DNA of 63,768 bases, filler included, from Folioceros fuciformis (lineage: Eukaryota), in assembly GCA_049999805.1 (NCBI GenBank). It is 25 parts of 25 records of this genome, joined end to end, with 100 filler letters (N's around TTAATTAATTAA, not from the genome) between each part and the next. Parts side by side here need not be neighbours in the genome. Positions count along the whole stretch, not along the records: positions 16,381 to 21,854 come from JBNGIO010000031.1; positions 21,955 to 27,273 come from JBNGIO010000032.1; positions 27,374 to 28,451 come from JBNGIO010000033.1; positions 28,552 to 29,627 come from JBNGIO010000034.1; positions 29,728 to 31,082 come from JBNGIO010000035.1; positions 31,183 to 32,595 come from JBNGIO010000036.1; positions 32,696 to 35,897 come from JBNGIO010000037.1; 18 more parts are not named here. One strand, given 5' to 3'. Positions within the stretch are counted from its first letter, which is position 1. Each line of letters begins with the position of its first letter. This document shows positions 20,804 through 32,892 of the stretch, piece after piece. The translations under genes and the position numbers were made by a program. The notes beneath the pieces were generated by a model. It had not been told where the DNA came from. It was given only the letters and a program-made list of their open reading frames with translations, and searched no databases.

Positions 20804-21362
20804 GTGTCATCTGTGTCAGGAATGCGGCCACCTCAGAGATGACGTCGTTCTTGGGTCTCCCACCAGGTAGAACGCAGGGCGGCTCTGAGTGGAAATTTGG
20901 CACAGTTTGATGCAGATTGATGAACGCTGTTCTTTCTGGCTCAGTTTCCAGTTGCTGAGCGCTCTGCTGCTTAATCACTCCTTACAGGTGGGCTACCTTC
21001 GTGAACAATGCATTCAGGTCATGAGACAGATGTTTGGCTCTGCAGTTGATGTTGTCAACTTTGTCACGGAGGCGCCCATCCTGGACTTCGCGCATTCGCC
21101 GAAAGTCACACAATGTTGCGTGTGTGTGACGACGCTCCTCAGCGAATAGCTGGTGAAGAGTCCTCAATGCCGGCTGTGGCAGGTCAGGTGCGACCTCAGG
21201 CGCGCTCGCAGATGGATGCAGGTGCGCACTCCTTCCGCAATTGCTGCAAGAGCTCTCAGCTTGGTAAGTGCAGGGTGGTGGACGTGCACTCCGCGGTGTG
21301 GCCTCCGCTATGCTGACTCTGTGTGGATAGAAGGTGCGCCTTGAGCGACCATTGCGAGGCAT
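20712..21362 (-). CDS. Extra ORF 5' of gag, coiled-coil; probably one ~216-codon ORF split by a TAA at 20982-20984
   Basis: The track ORFs 20982-21362 and 20712-20978 are in the same frame. Motif NIx9DLxxLxxxVxHL is shared with ORF 39556-40047. Confidence 0.55.
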
Positions 21363-21796
21363 TGCTTAGGATAGCAGTCTAGTCATTTACCTATCTAATG
21401 CAGGCCAGTGGACTGACTCCTGTGTTCCTACACAGGCTTCTTTCCTACAGCAGATTGAGTCTTACACACATGATGAACTAGATGCAAGACAAGCTAGGAG
21501 TGTTCTTGGTTGAACATGCTGTGCAGGGCAGAAACCAAGGTGACAGGCTAGCGAATTAGAGGTGCAAGTTCAACAGGGTGGCTCAATGCTTCTTGGCGCC
21601 AGGTGCGCAAGTGCTAAGCATAGTAGTGATTGACAACCTCCGCCAGGAAGGTTTCCGCCATCACGCCAAATCGGGTGAGTGAGAGTCTGAGTGCATGAAT
21701 TGCAGCACGAAAATTTTCATGTGTCAGAGTTCTAATGCAGGACTATGATTTACAGATCTCACGCCGGCTAGGAGGCGACATGGCGGAATCTGTCAA

Positions 21797-21812
21797 CCAA
21801 GCTCTGATACCA
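21797..21812 (-). promoter_or_regulatory. Initiator Met-tRNA primer-binding site
   Basis: TGGTATCAGAGC canonical copia PBS. Confidence 0.9.
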
Positions 21813-22541
21813 TAGCGTAAATAGGATCGATAGCGTAGGAAAGAATTGAGAATCNNNNNNNNNNNNNNNNNNNNNNNNNNNNNNNNNNNNNNNNNNNNTT
21901 AATTAATTAANNNNNNNNNNNNNNNNNNNNNNNNNNNNNNNNNNNNNNNNNNNNTGCAACAAGGGTTTTTAAGGTGTTTTCCTGAAACGTCGTAACTATT
22001 CGCTAAGTGGCTATTCGCTTAATTATGACATAAACGAAACGCTAACCCTAACGGGGTTTAATTTCCAACACGCCCCCGTAAGCGAATCGGCCAGGTTAGC
22101 GACGGAAACGCGAGAGCAGAATGGGAGAAACACTCCTCGTCATTCTGAACCTGTGCGTCCTGGCAATCGCAATATACATCCTTCACCAGCAACAGGGAAA
22201 GAATGCACAGCCTGGCACGACACAACCACAGCACGAGCGACGCAAAGCACAGCATAATGTGGAGAAGACGTGCACGATGGAGTAGAGATGGAGAGCAGCG
22301 GGATGGAAAATCCAGCTGATGTGCATGCTGTCACTGAAGCGTAAAACCAGAACTGCAGGGGCTGAGAAAACGGTGGAAGAGCTCCAACTGAAGCATCAGC
22401 TGAAGCAAGCAGCAGGATGTCCGCTGCCGAAGACTCCAAGACGTGCAGCAGAACACCAAGGGCTGCAGGAAGATGGCGATTCAATCTGAAGGAGAGCTTC
22501 ATCCGCCAAAGGCTGCAGTCGCACAGCTGTCCAAGGATCAC

Positions 22542-25500
22542 TTAGCTCGCGAGAGAGAAATCTGTGACTCCCAGAGTAGCCATATGTCGCGCATGTGGAG
22601 AGGAAGGCAGAAATTTTGTGAGAAGATCAGCAGGATTCTCCTCTGTAGGGATATACTCAATTTGTACTTCCTTTTCTTGCACAGAGTGGCGAATAAAATG
22701 GTGATGCACCTCGATGTGCTTAGTTCTCGCGTGAAATCGCGGATTGGCAGTCATAGCAATCGTGGACATATTGTCACACGAGATCACAGTGGGCTGAGAT
22801 GGCAGAAACCCTAAACCACTGAGGAAACTGTGTTCCCAAATGGCCTCCTTGGCTGCTTCGGTCAAGGATTTGTATTCCGCTTCCGTCAAGGAGAGGGCAA
22901 CACTAGCTTGTTTCTTTGCAGCCCAGTGCACAGCAGAATCGGAGAGAAGAAAACAGTATGCGGAGATGCTTCGACGAGCATCAGGGTCGGTGGCCCAATC
23001 AGCATCGGCAAAATCACACAGAGCCTGATCCCGAGATCGCCCCCGGAAGCAGAGCCCATACTGTTGAGTGCCTTTCAGGTAACGCAAAATCCGTTTAACG
23101 GCACCCCAGTGCTCCTTTCCAGGATTGTCCATAAATTGAGAAACGACACTAACCGAGTACTGGATGTCCGGGCGAGTCCAGCAGCTGATGTAATTGAGAC
23201 AACCAACTGCATGGCGATAGGGCACTGGAGACATAGCTTACCGATCTGCATCAGTCTGAGGGCACTGATTGCGAGAGAGCTTAGCACCAACTGGGCCAGG
23301 AGTAGAAACAGGCTTCGAAGAATCAAGATGAAATCGTCGAAGAGTCTCTGCAATATACTTAGCCTGATGGAGAAAAATGGTACGAGAGGCTGGCTCACGA
23401 ACCAACTGTACCCCCAAAACGAAAGTAAGTGGACCGATGTCTTTCATGTCATATTTGCTGTGCAGCATCTGCTTTACCCAAGCTAAAAGTTCAGGGTTGT
23501 TTGAAGCCAAAATGGCATCATCGACGTACAACGCCAAAATCACCAGTTTACCATTCTGGGAGTACAAGTAGACATTAGCATCACCAGGATTTTGTATAAA
23601 GCCGATGGACTTAAGGTATTTGTCGATGGCCTTATACCACTCCCGTGCTGACTGCTTTAAACCATAGATGGTCTTCTTTAGTCGATAGACCCAATCTGGG
23701 TGTTCAGGATCCGCAAAGCCCTCGGGCTGCTGCATGTAAATATCCTCTTCTAACTCGCCATACAGGAATGTCGTACAGACGTCCATTTGTTGAAGATCCC
23801 ATTCATAGGCAGCAGCAAGAGCAATGATCATGCGTATAGATTGGGTTTTCACAACCGGACTAAAGGTTTCAGTGAAATCCACACCAGGAATTTGAGTAAA
23901 CCCACGAGCAACAAGGCGAGACTTGTGTCTGGAAATCTGGCCTTCAGCGTTAAGTTTGTGTTTAAATACCCACTTGCAGCTAATAACTTTTCTGCCTGCG
24001 GGAAGAGGACAGAGCTCCCAAGTGGAATTCTTGATGAGTGAATTATATTCATCTTGAATGGACGGCTGCCAGTGATGTTTATCAGGTCCTGTAATGGCCT
24101 CGGTATATGTGCGAGGTTCGAGCTTAGAAAAGGGTTGCTCAGCAGAATCCAGCAAAGCAACGCCAGCTCTTGAATGACGAAAATCAATTGAGGCATATGG
24201 TGGCTCCACCCACTCTGAAGGAGGTGGACGAGACCGACGAGGATATCTTGATTCAGTGGCATCCATGGATGGTGGAATTACCACATGAATTGTAGCATGG
24301 GGAGGCTCCTCAGACGGTATAGCAGGTGAAGCATCTGGAGGAACATCTGAATGGGCATCAGATGTGAAGGAGGAGGTAGGTATACCCGTCGCGGCTTGAT
24401 CCTGCTCAGATGCATGTGGCTGATCTAAAACATCAGCCATACCAACTTGGGAACCAGCAATTTCCCTTTTTAATTGTGGTAAGTAAAAGGAGTCCTGTTC
24501 TTCAGAGAAAACTGCAGATGTATCTGGCCCCAAGGAACCAGGTACAGAAGTAGCAGGGGAATCATCTGAAGGATACTCTGAAACATCTTCATCCTCAAAA
24601 GCATCGATATGTTCAACAGAAGACTGGTTATGTGGCAGAGAATCGAAGAACGGTTTAGCAGGTACGATAATTTCCTTAAAGGTTACACTTCGAGCATAAA
24701 CGGCTTCCTTGGAAAAGGTATCGTACAGCTTGTAGGCTTTCACCTCTTCTCCATATCCGACAAATATAAGTGGCTTCGCTCTGGCTTCCAATTTCTTCCG
24801 TTTGTCCTTTGGAATATAGGCATAAGCGGGAGAACCGAAGACACGAAGGTGGAGGAGACTAGGCTTTCGCCGCCAGACAACCTCAAAAGGTGTCTTATCT
24901 GCCACTGCCTTTGTTAACAAACGATTGAGGATGTAAGTTGCGGTTACCACTGCCTCTGCCCAGAAACCTTTACTTAATCCTGACCACTCAAGCATACTCC
25001 TTGTCATTCCAAGCAGTGTTTGATTTCGTCTTTCCGCGACCCCGTTCTGTTGCTGGGTGTAGGGAATAATCAACTGCCGAAGTATGCCATGATCAGTAAG
25101 GAATTGGGTAAAGTGAGAGTGTACGAACTCTGTCCCGTTGTCTGATCGGAGGCACTTCAAGGAACAACCAGTTTGCTTCTGAACAACAGGCAGCCAGTCC
25201 TTAAAAACACTGAAAGTATCGGACTTCAACCGGATGGGGTAAGTCCATGAATACCTGCTATAATCATCCGTAAGTGTAAAGTAGTACTGGGCTCCTCCCA
25301 AACTAGGAATATGTATCTTACCAGATATATCAGCGTGCACCAACTCTAACACATTGGATGCACGATGAGCGACAGTTCTAGGGAAGGGGAGCTCCTTTTG
25401 TTTAGCAACTACGCATGCATCGCATAAAGGAAGATCCTGGAAACATTTTGGCAGGGGTTCCCTATAACAGGTAAGACCAGAAAGCCTAATCAGTTTATCA

Positions 25501-27044
25501 CGGTTAGCATGACCTAATCTGGCATGCCAAAGACTGGCAACAGCAGCTTGAGAAAGACGTGCTGAATTGATCGAATCCCTAGTTACGCATGTCAGATTCA
25601 TCTGATAAAGATCATGCACTAATTTGCCATCAGCAACGACCTCTTGTCTATCTCCCCCTTTCTTCACTAACACACATCCTGTGGCAGTGAAGTACAGGTC
25701 AAGCTGATGCAAGGATAGAAGCTGGCTAACAGAAAGGAGATTCTTAGCCATATGAGGAACATGCAACACATGATCCAAGTGAAGGACTAAGCCATCAAGA
25801 AGACGAAAACGGCAAGTGCCACTCCCCCTGATGGACAGACCTGTCCGTGTTATCTCATCACCCAAGAGGACCTTATCTCGTAAAGATGAGGACCGGTAGT
25901 GAGTAAATAGCGATTTATCATTGCAAATGTGTGAGGTTGCACCTGAATCTAGGTACCAAACGTGTGGAAGAGATGGGAGAGAGGAGGCCAAGCAAACCGT
26001 CATCACAACGGGAGGTTTGCTGGAAAGGGAAGAAGAACGATCTCGGGTTGCAGTCACGTGAGCTTCAGCCGGACGAACAGGCTTCTCAACTCGACGGGGC
26101 TCACCAGATTTCTTCTTCCTACATTCTCTTTCCCAGTGTCCTTGGATACCGCACCAATTGCATGCACCTACTCGTTTCTGGGAAGTTGAAGGCTTCGAAG
26201 TTGAAGCACCAGGTGAAAATTTGCCTCGTGTGTTCTTGTTCTTAGCATACAGGACCTTGTCAAGTTTTGTGCGTCCCGTATGCTGTGTGGAACTAACACG
26301 GCTTTGCTCCTCTTGCAGCAAAGCACCGACCACATCAGTGAAATTGATGCGCGAAGGAAGACCTAAGGCAACAGCTCTGTCAGCTTCACGGAGGGTAGAC
26401 CCATTGCTGGACACGAACGGTTGGTAGCTAGGAGGCAGACTAGTAAGTAACTGAGCAACAACATCCAAATCTGGAAACGATGAACCCAGATGGATCAATT
26501 GTGCTCGAAGCTGACGAAAACGAAGAATGAAAGGTGAAACTTTTTCTCCCTCTTTGAGTCGTAGAGAAAAGAGCTCGCCTCTCACAGCACACATGGTGAG
26601 AATGTTCTTTACTTCATAAGTTTGCAGCAGTTGGTTCCATATGTCCTCAGCCTTAGAAATAAATGCCACATCTGGGAGGAGAACTTCATCGAGACCACTG
26701 ATCAATACCGCACGAGCGACACTATTCAGGTTCTCTCACCTTGATTTCTCCTCTGATGTGGAAGTTATTGACGGCTTCGTAATTGTCCCATCTACCACAC
26801 CCCACACATGTCTTGCTTGCAGGGCTGCAGTCATACGAACACGCCAGCTTTCAAACTTGGTACCATTGAAGCGATCACGCTCTTTGAATTCAGCAACATA
26901 AGTAGGCTGAGGTAAGACGGCAGAGGGAGTCGGAGGGGGAGAACTGTCTGGAGTGCCTCCCGCGCTCCCGCTGCCACCTTCTCCAAAGCCTCCTCCTCCT
27001 GCACTGAGATCACCTTGCCCTCCGCGTCGGCGCTCGACTGACAT
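22542..27044 (-). mobile_element. Ty1/copia gag-pol, full coding length with two premature stops
   Basis: Three collinear in-frame ORFs (27044-26736, 26705-23238, 23234-22542) carrying gag, CNWCGIQGHWEREC, WYLDSGA, integrase, RT LYVDD and RNase H (ADADWA, TEAEY, CDN, ADLLTK). Confidence 0.95.
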
Positions 27045-27373
27045 CGTGTCTGACTGTTAATCTGAGGGAGCAAAATGGGAGATATGTCGATTGATCAGGC
27101 CGACAACCTCACATTGGTCACCTCAGAGAGAAACAATCGGAAACACGGGATCGACAGCGCCAGAAAAAACGGCAGATGTGCAAAATCGTCTTCAGGGAGG
27201 AATTAGCTGCAGGCGATCAGCAATCGCATGGAGCTAACCTTCTCCGCTGACGAATTTTCACATCTGCAGACAGNNNNNNNNNNNNNNNNNNNNNNNNNNN
27301 NNNNNNNNNNNNNNNNNTTAATTAATTAANNNNNNNNNNNNNNNNNNNNNNNNNNNNNNNNNNNNNNNNNNNN

Positions 27374-27453
27374 GAAAAAGAAAACCAAACCATACCACTA
27401 TTAACCCTTTTTCAACCAAAACAAACTACTACCCCAAACTTTGGAGGTTCACA
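27374..27453 (+). repeat. Family B/E LTR right terminus (...CCCCAAACTTTGGAGGTTCACA)
   Basis: Also at 35998-36043 (+), 44582-44726 (-), 52064-52207 (+) and 59686-59790 (+), each with a different flank. Confidence 0.88.
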
Positions 27454-28338
27454 GCATAATTGCATCCTCTTAGCCTAAGTTTGGTTGTAGCGTATTACAC
27501 CATTGTTAGAAGTTCATGGCTCGGCCCTCTCCTTGCCATTGGCCTCTTGCCATCGCGATGTAGGGTGGGCATGAACCCCAACCTTGGTCGAGGCAGCGGC
27601 CCCCGCAATGAGGGAGACCTTGAGTTTCCCTCATTGAGGTAGGGTGGCCTCTCACCTCCCAGCATCGTGTAGCATCCTTTAATCCCTTAACATCCCCAAC
27701 ATGACAACTTGCACAAGAGCCATGTCTGTCGCGTGGGTGTCATCTTTTCTTTTCTTTTTTTGTGGGGAAAAGATCGTTGTGGAACGTAAAATTTTTGGAT
27801 ATGGGACGGCTCTTATCCTACTGTGTTGAGTGCTTTGCCTAGAGAGTGGTTTGATTTGTGTCTTCTTTTCTTCTTTATGTCTATACGAATCTCGTTTTGT
27901 GTTCCTTGGTCTTTGGTGGTCAATTTACATGTCGAACATACCTACGCATTTGATAGGTCTGAGGAGTCACTTTTTAACCAGGTTTTCCATCAATTATTTT
28001 AGTATTCCTGACAGGAAGAGTGAAACTATTAAGACAGTTGGTCTGATCTTGGTAGGTTGGCCTACAGCCATTCAAAGTGTCTTCATGAGAAGTGTGTTTG
28101 TCAATCCTACGTGTCAGTAGGAGGATAAAACTCCTAACTCTAATAAGGTAATAAGGAATAGGTGTTAGTTAGTGTCAGTTAACTATCCATGGATAATAAG
28201 CCTACGTGGTGGGTAGGTCAGACAATGGGAGGACGCCCTGTACTTGAGGAGATCACAAAAGATTCGGGGCACATGTAAGCATGCATAGTAGGAGTAAAAT
28301 AGCAGGGAGTATACACATGTAGCAAGTAGCTTCCGCGG

Positions 28339-29627
28339 TGTGGAGGCAAAACCCCGGGCGCTGATTGCCAACGGGTTCCACCTTTAGTGGCCACACTTAT
28401 CCCACTGTCGTTGAGACATTGGGTTTCGTTCCCACGAAGGAGCGATGGGGTNNNNNNNNNNNNNNNNNNNNNNNNNNNNNNNNNNNNNNNNNNNNTTAAT
28501 TAATTAANNNNNNNNNNNNNNNNNNNNNNNNNNNNNNNNNNNNNNNNNNNNGAGACATTGGGTTTCGTTCCCACGAAGGAGCGATGGGGTTCCTTGCTAC
28601 TGTGGATGGAGGGTCGAACTTGATCGACTCGATGATGGATTCGAGGGCTCCCCTCCAGCTCCGATCAGGCGTAGGATAGGCCTCGCTGTCCGGCGGTCAG
28701 CTGCACCTCTCTCGGTGCCCAGAAACTCACTCCAGTCACTACAACGACCCTAATCTCTTAGATCTGCGACTTCCCTCACTCACTTCACTCACTCTCTCAC
28801 TCCAGCACCAACACCAGCAACTAACAATGACACCACTACCTTCTACACTTCCCTACTGACTCCTCCTATCCGGCAAGAGTCACTAGACTAACCCCAAAGA
28901 AAAGAAAGAAGGGAACATACTCCCCTCTTGGATATCTTCCCCCCTACAACCTTACCAGACGCCATGAAACATGGCCGGCCTACAGCACTTGTCCAAACAA
29001 GGAACAAGAGTGGACAGGTCGAGAGAAAGACACATCCTTTACAATCAAGAGCTAGAGGCAAACCCCTACACCCTGGTCATTACACCTTGTGATCCTACCA
29101 GACACTGTACAACCGGCAACACGCTGCCCGCGATCCTACCAGCCACTGTACAGCCGGCAACACGTGGCTTACGATCCTACCAGACGTTGCACAGCCGCCA
29201 ACACACTACAGGTCCTAAACCAAGCAGGGACAGACCACAAGAGCTCATGAAGAGAGGACCTCCAAGAGCTCACGAAGGGATAGACTGACTCCCAAAGTGA
29301 ATGACTCCCTCCTTCTACAGGCTCACCTGATCTTATAGGAGCCTCTCTCTCTCTCTGACTTCACCTCTCTCTAACTTGAGAAATATTATTTTAATAGGAC
29401 CACTAGCCTAGCCGGCTATCACCAGCCACTTATTTGGACTTCTAGCACATCCTGCCACCAATGAGCTCCTGGCCCTACCACCACAAGGATCTACCACCTC
29501 TTAGACTATCCTGAGACTTCAGAGGATGTCTGATCTTCAAAGATCTGCGGACGCTGCCTCTTCCTTGCCGGATGGCTGCTCGCTAAGTCTTCCCCTGCAA
29601 CTGTTCATCCTTGGTGGCTGAGCCAGC
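28339..29627 (+). repeat. Family B/E LTR left terminus and interior, across a linker
   Basis: Contig 28552 begins with the same GAGACATTGGGTTTCGTTCCCACG that ends contig 27374-28451. 29270-29627 matches 41024-41392 in reverse. Confidence 0.8.
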
Positions 29628-29827
29628 NNNNNNNNNNNNNNNNNNNNNNNNNNNNNNNNNNNNNNNNNNNNTTAATTAATTAANNNNNNNNNNNNNNNNN
29701 NNNNNNNNNNNNNNNNNNNNNNNNNNNCAAGGGGCTCTCTTCGGAGCAATTCGCACAAGCTCGGACACTCATGGACATGAGGTAGACCACTCGCCTATGA
29801 AGGTAAATTGGCCTTTAAGGGGGCGGT

Positions 29828-30100
29828 TGTAGGGTTATTAAAGACCAATGTGCTTAGACTAATGTGTTTAGTCTAAGATTAGTGTCTAGTTAAGTATCAT
29901 TAGTTTAGATTAGCTTAAGCTAATCTGTAGGAAGCTTCTTGTGCAGCTTCCTGTGGGGTTCTTGAGAAGCTTCCTAGGGAGCTGTTCTAGGGGGTATAAA
30001 TACCTTCTTGAGCTCCCATGTATTGGTGTGACTCTATTGTGAGTGTGTGTCCTCTGTTTCTCCTCCTCCTTGCCTCCTCCTCTCTTCTCCTTCACCATGT
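29828..30100 (+). repeat. Family C LTR 5' part (TGTAGGGTTATTAAAG...), preceded by PPT-like AAGGGGGCGG
   Basis: Copies at 49461-49622 (-), 57003-57172 (+) and 60893-61130 (+). TATAAA at 29995. Right end not determined. Confidence 0.8.
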
Positions 30101-31182
30101 AGTTTCTAGAGCATTCCTTCATGTCCCTCACCAGCAGATCCCACCAGCCCAACCCATACCTCCAGCCACACCTGCACCAACGCCAGCACCTTCCCGTCAA
30201 CCTGCAGCAACCACTCTAGACCTCATCTTCGACTTTTCCGAAGAACAAGACCTTGACTCACCTACATCACCACCCTCGGGCTCTATGTTTAGCCAACACC
30301 CTCGGATTGAGAGGGGGAACAGTAGGCTCAAAGCGCTTTAGGACGAGGACAGGTCTACACACTGCAAGGCTCCCATTTCTAGCAAGTAGATCTGCAATCG
30401 GACAGCTATGCAGGCACTCACTACGGCGGTCTAAGCAGTGGCCACTAAGCAAGCGCACACGTCCAAGGACTGCTTGGCGTGCATGCGGACACCTCTCCAC
30501 AACGCGCACACAAGGGATCAGGCCGACCTACATTGACTGCAGCCCCATGGCTGCAAATAGGCCAGCACACCTCACAGGTAGGCGCGCGAGGCAACCCCTT
30601 CACCAACGCGCCCCACAAGTCGGAGGTAGCCTTGGACAGGATACAACATACACAAATGGACACGGGTTCTCCTTTGCATACGACAAATGAAGCCCCGATA
30701 CCTCAACCACACAATACTCAAGGCCTATCCCAACACTATCCTGGCACCCCAAAGGCAAGTAGAAATATTTATGATAATTATCCTATTGCCCAATATTCCA
30801 AATATATAGATAATGCCGGATATGAAGGCCTTGATTTTGAGGACACCATTGACGATCTACCACAACAACATGATAGCACTAATGACACTAGGGGAAGACG
30901 CTCTCAGCGTACCAATGGCAGCAAAATACACAAGTACTCTCCTACTAATTGGAGAGACCTTGAAAACGCTTTAGCATATTGTCTTACTGCAGCTATAGAT
31001 CAATTTGTTCCAGCTAGCTATGAGGATGCCATCACTGAAAGGATCATTAGAGGAGCATGGTGAAGGAGAGGAGAGAAGAAGGNNNNNNNNNNNNNNNNNN
31101 NNNNNNNNNNNNNNNNNNNNNNNNNNTTAATTAATTAANNNNNNNNNNNNNNNNNNNNNNNNNNNNNNNNNNNNNNNNNNNN

Positions 31183-32430
31183 GACATATGGAGTAGATTT
31201 TGAGGAGACGTTCAGTCAGTTGCCAAAATGGCAACAATTTGAACCGGGATTGCATGAGCGGCATCGAAAGGTTGGGTCCTACATCATATGGATGTGAAAA
31301 ATGTGTTCTTACATGGAGAATTGCTGGAAGAAGTATACATGGACCAGCCACCAGGTTATGAGGATTTGGATTATCCAAATCATGTGTGCAAGCTGAAAAA
31401 CACGTTGTATGGACTGAAACAAGCCCCGAGGGCTTGGCATGAGCATTTTGCTCAACATCTAATTCACATCGGATTCAACATGGCAGATGCGGATCATTCG
31501 TTGTATGTGTGTAGAAGTACAAAAGGACTGGTCTTTGTGATCATTTATGTGGATGATCTAATCATTGGAGGTAATCAGTTGGATCAAGTGGAGCAGATCA
31601 AGGAACTTCTGCAACAAGAGTTCAAGATGACGGACCTAGGTGAACTGAAGTTCTTCTTGGGCATTGAAATTATATGAACCAACACAGGCATTTGGCTGTC
31701 ACAGCGGAAGTATGCGTCGGATGTACTAACTAAGTATGGTATGGCTGAGTGCAAGCCAATCTCGATTCCTTTGGATCAAAATCTGAAGATCAATGCTCAT
31801 GATGGTGAAGCAATTGAAGATCCAACAATGTACAGGAAGATTGTGGGTAGCTTGATATATCTCCCTCTATCTAGAGCAGATTTAAACTATACAATGGGAC
31901 TGCAGAGTCAGTTTATGCAGGCGCCTAGAAAGCCATATTTGGATGTAGTAAGGCAAACGTTGCGCTATGTGAAGGCAACTATGGATCATGCTCTCTTTTA
32001 TGCTGTAGATTCAGAACTAAACCCGTGTGGGTACACAGATGCAGATTGGGCATGAAGTGTTACGGATCATAGATCTACAAGTGGATTCATATTTTCACTT
32101 GAGAGTGCAGCAATGACATGGAGTAGCAAGAAGCAGCCTCCAGTGGCTTTATCTAGTACAGAAGCTGAATACAAAGGCGCAGCAATGGCAGCGTGTGAAG
32201 TGACTTAGATTTATAAGTTACTCGGAGATTTTGGATTGTAGGTTAATGATAAGGTTGTTATCTACTGTGACAATCTTCGCAACATACAATTGGCACGAAG
32301 CCCAGTGTTTCATGCCAGGATGAAACGCATTGAGACGAGCAGATAGCCGATATATTTACTAAGCTAATGGGAGTAGAGAAGTTGAAGAAATTCCGAGCTA
32401 TGTTAGGCATACAGATGCTATGTTGAGCTT
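31183..32430 (+). pseudogene. Degenerate Ty1/copia RT-RNase H
   Basis: MDVKNVFLHG, LYGLKQAPRAW, IYVDDL, GYTDADWA and STEAEY, with several stops. Confidence 0.92.
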
Positions 32431-32695
32431 GAAGGCTATGTTGTGCCCTTGCTCGTGCAAGGGCTCAGGCCGGGGCTGGTGTGGGTGCTCGGTCCGGGTC
32501 TAGGACCGGCGCTCGGACGAGTGAGTGGATCCAAGCGCTTGTTGCTTGGGATCTAACTTCTAGAGTCAGTGGTGCTGGGATCGATTCTAGCGCTGNNNNN
32601 NNNNNNNNNNNNNNNNNNNNNNNNNNNNNNNNNNNNNNNTTAATTAATTAANNNNNNNNNNNNNNNNNNNNNNNNNNNNNNNNNNNNNNNNNNNN

Positions 32696-32892
32696 TGGCT
32701 ATGGCTATGGCTATGGCTATGGCTATGGCTATGGCTATGGCTATGGCTATGGCTATGGCTATGGCTATGGCTATGGCTATGGCTATGGCTATGGCTATGG
32801 CTATGGCTATGGCTATGGCTATGGCTATGGCTATGGCTATGGCTATGGCTATGGCTATGGCTATGGCTATGGCTATGGCTATGGCTATGGCT
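32696..32892. repeat. (ATGGCT)n hexanucleotide microsatellite, ~33 copies, truncated by the contig edge
   Basis: Perfect repeat visible in the sequence. Confidence 0.97.

Larger units (their letters stand above)
16381..21854 (-). mobile_element. Near-complete Ty1/copia element with extra 5' ORF
   Basis: PBS TGGTATCAGAGCTTGG (21812-21797); gag; CTWCRIPGHVESEC knuckle; WYLDSGA; integrase VHTDLCGP/LRSDNGGE; RT SLYGLKQ/LYVDD. A 1-nt frameshift at ~19665 and a TGG>TGA stop at 16542. Confidence 0.95.

Noticed and set aside
27454-28338. Short internal region between two B/E LTR ends as a TRIM/LARD element
   Set aside because: No PBS or PPT adjacent to either terminus; more likely two independent insertions.
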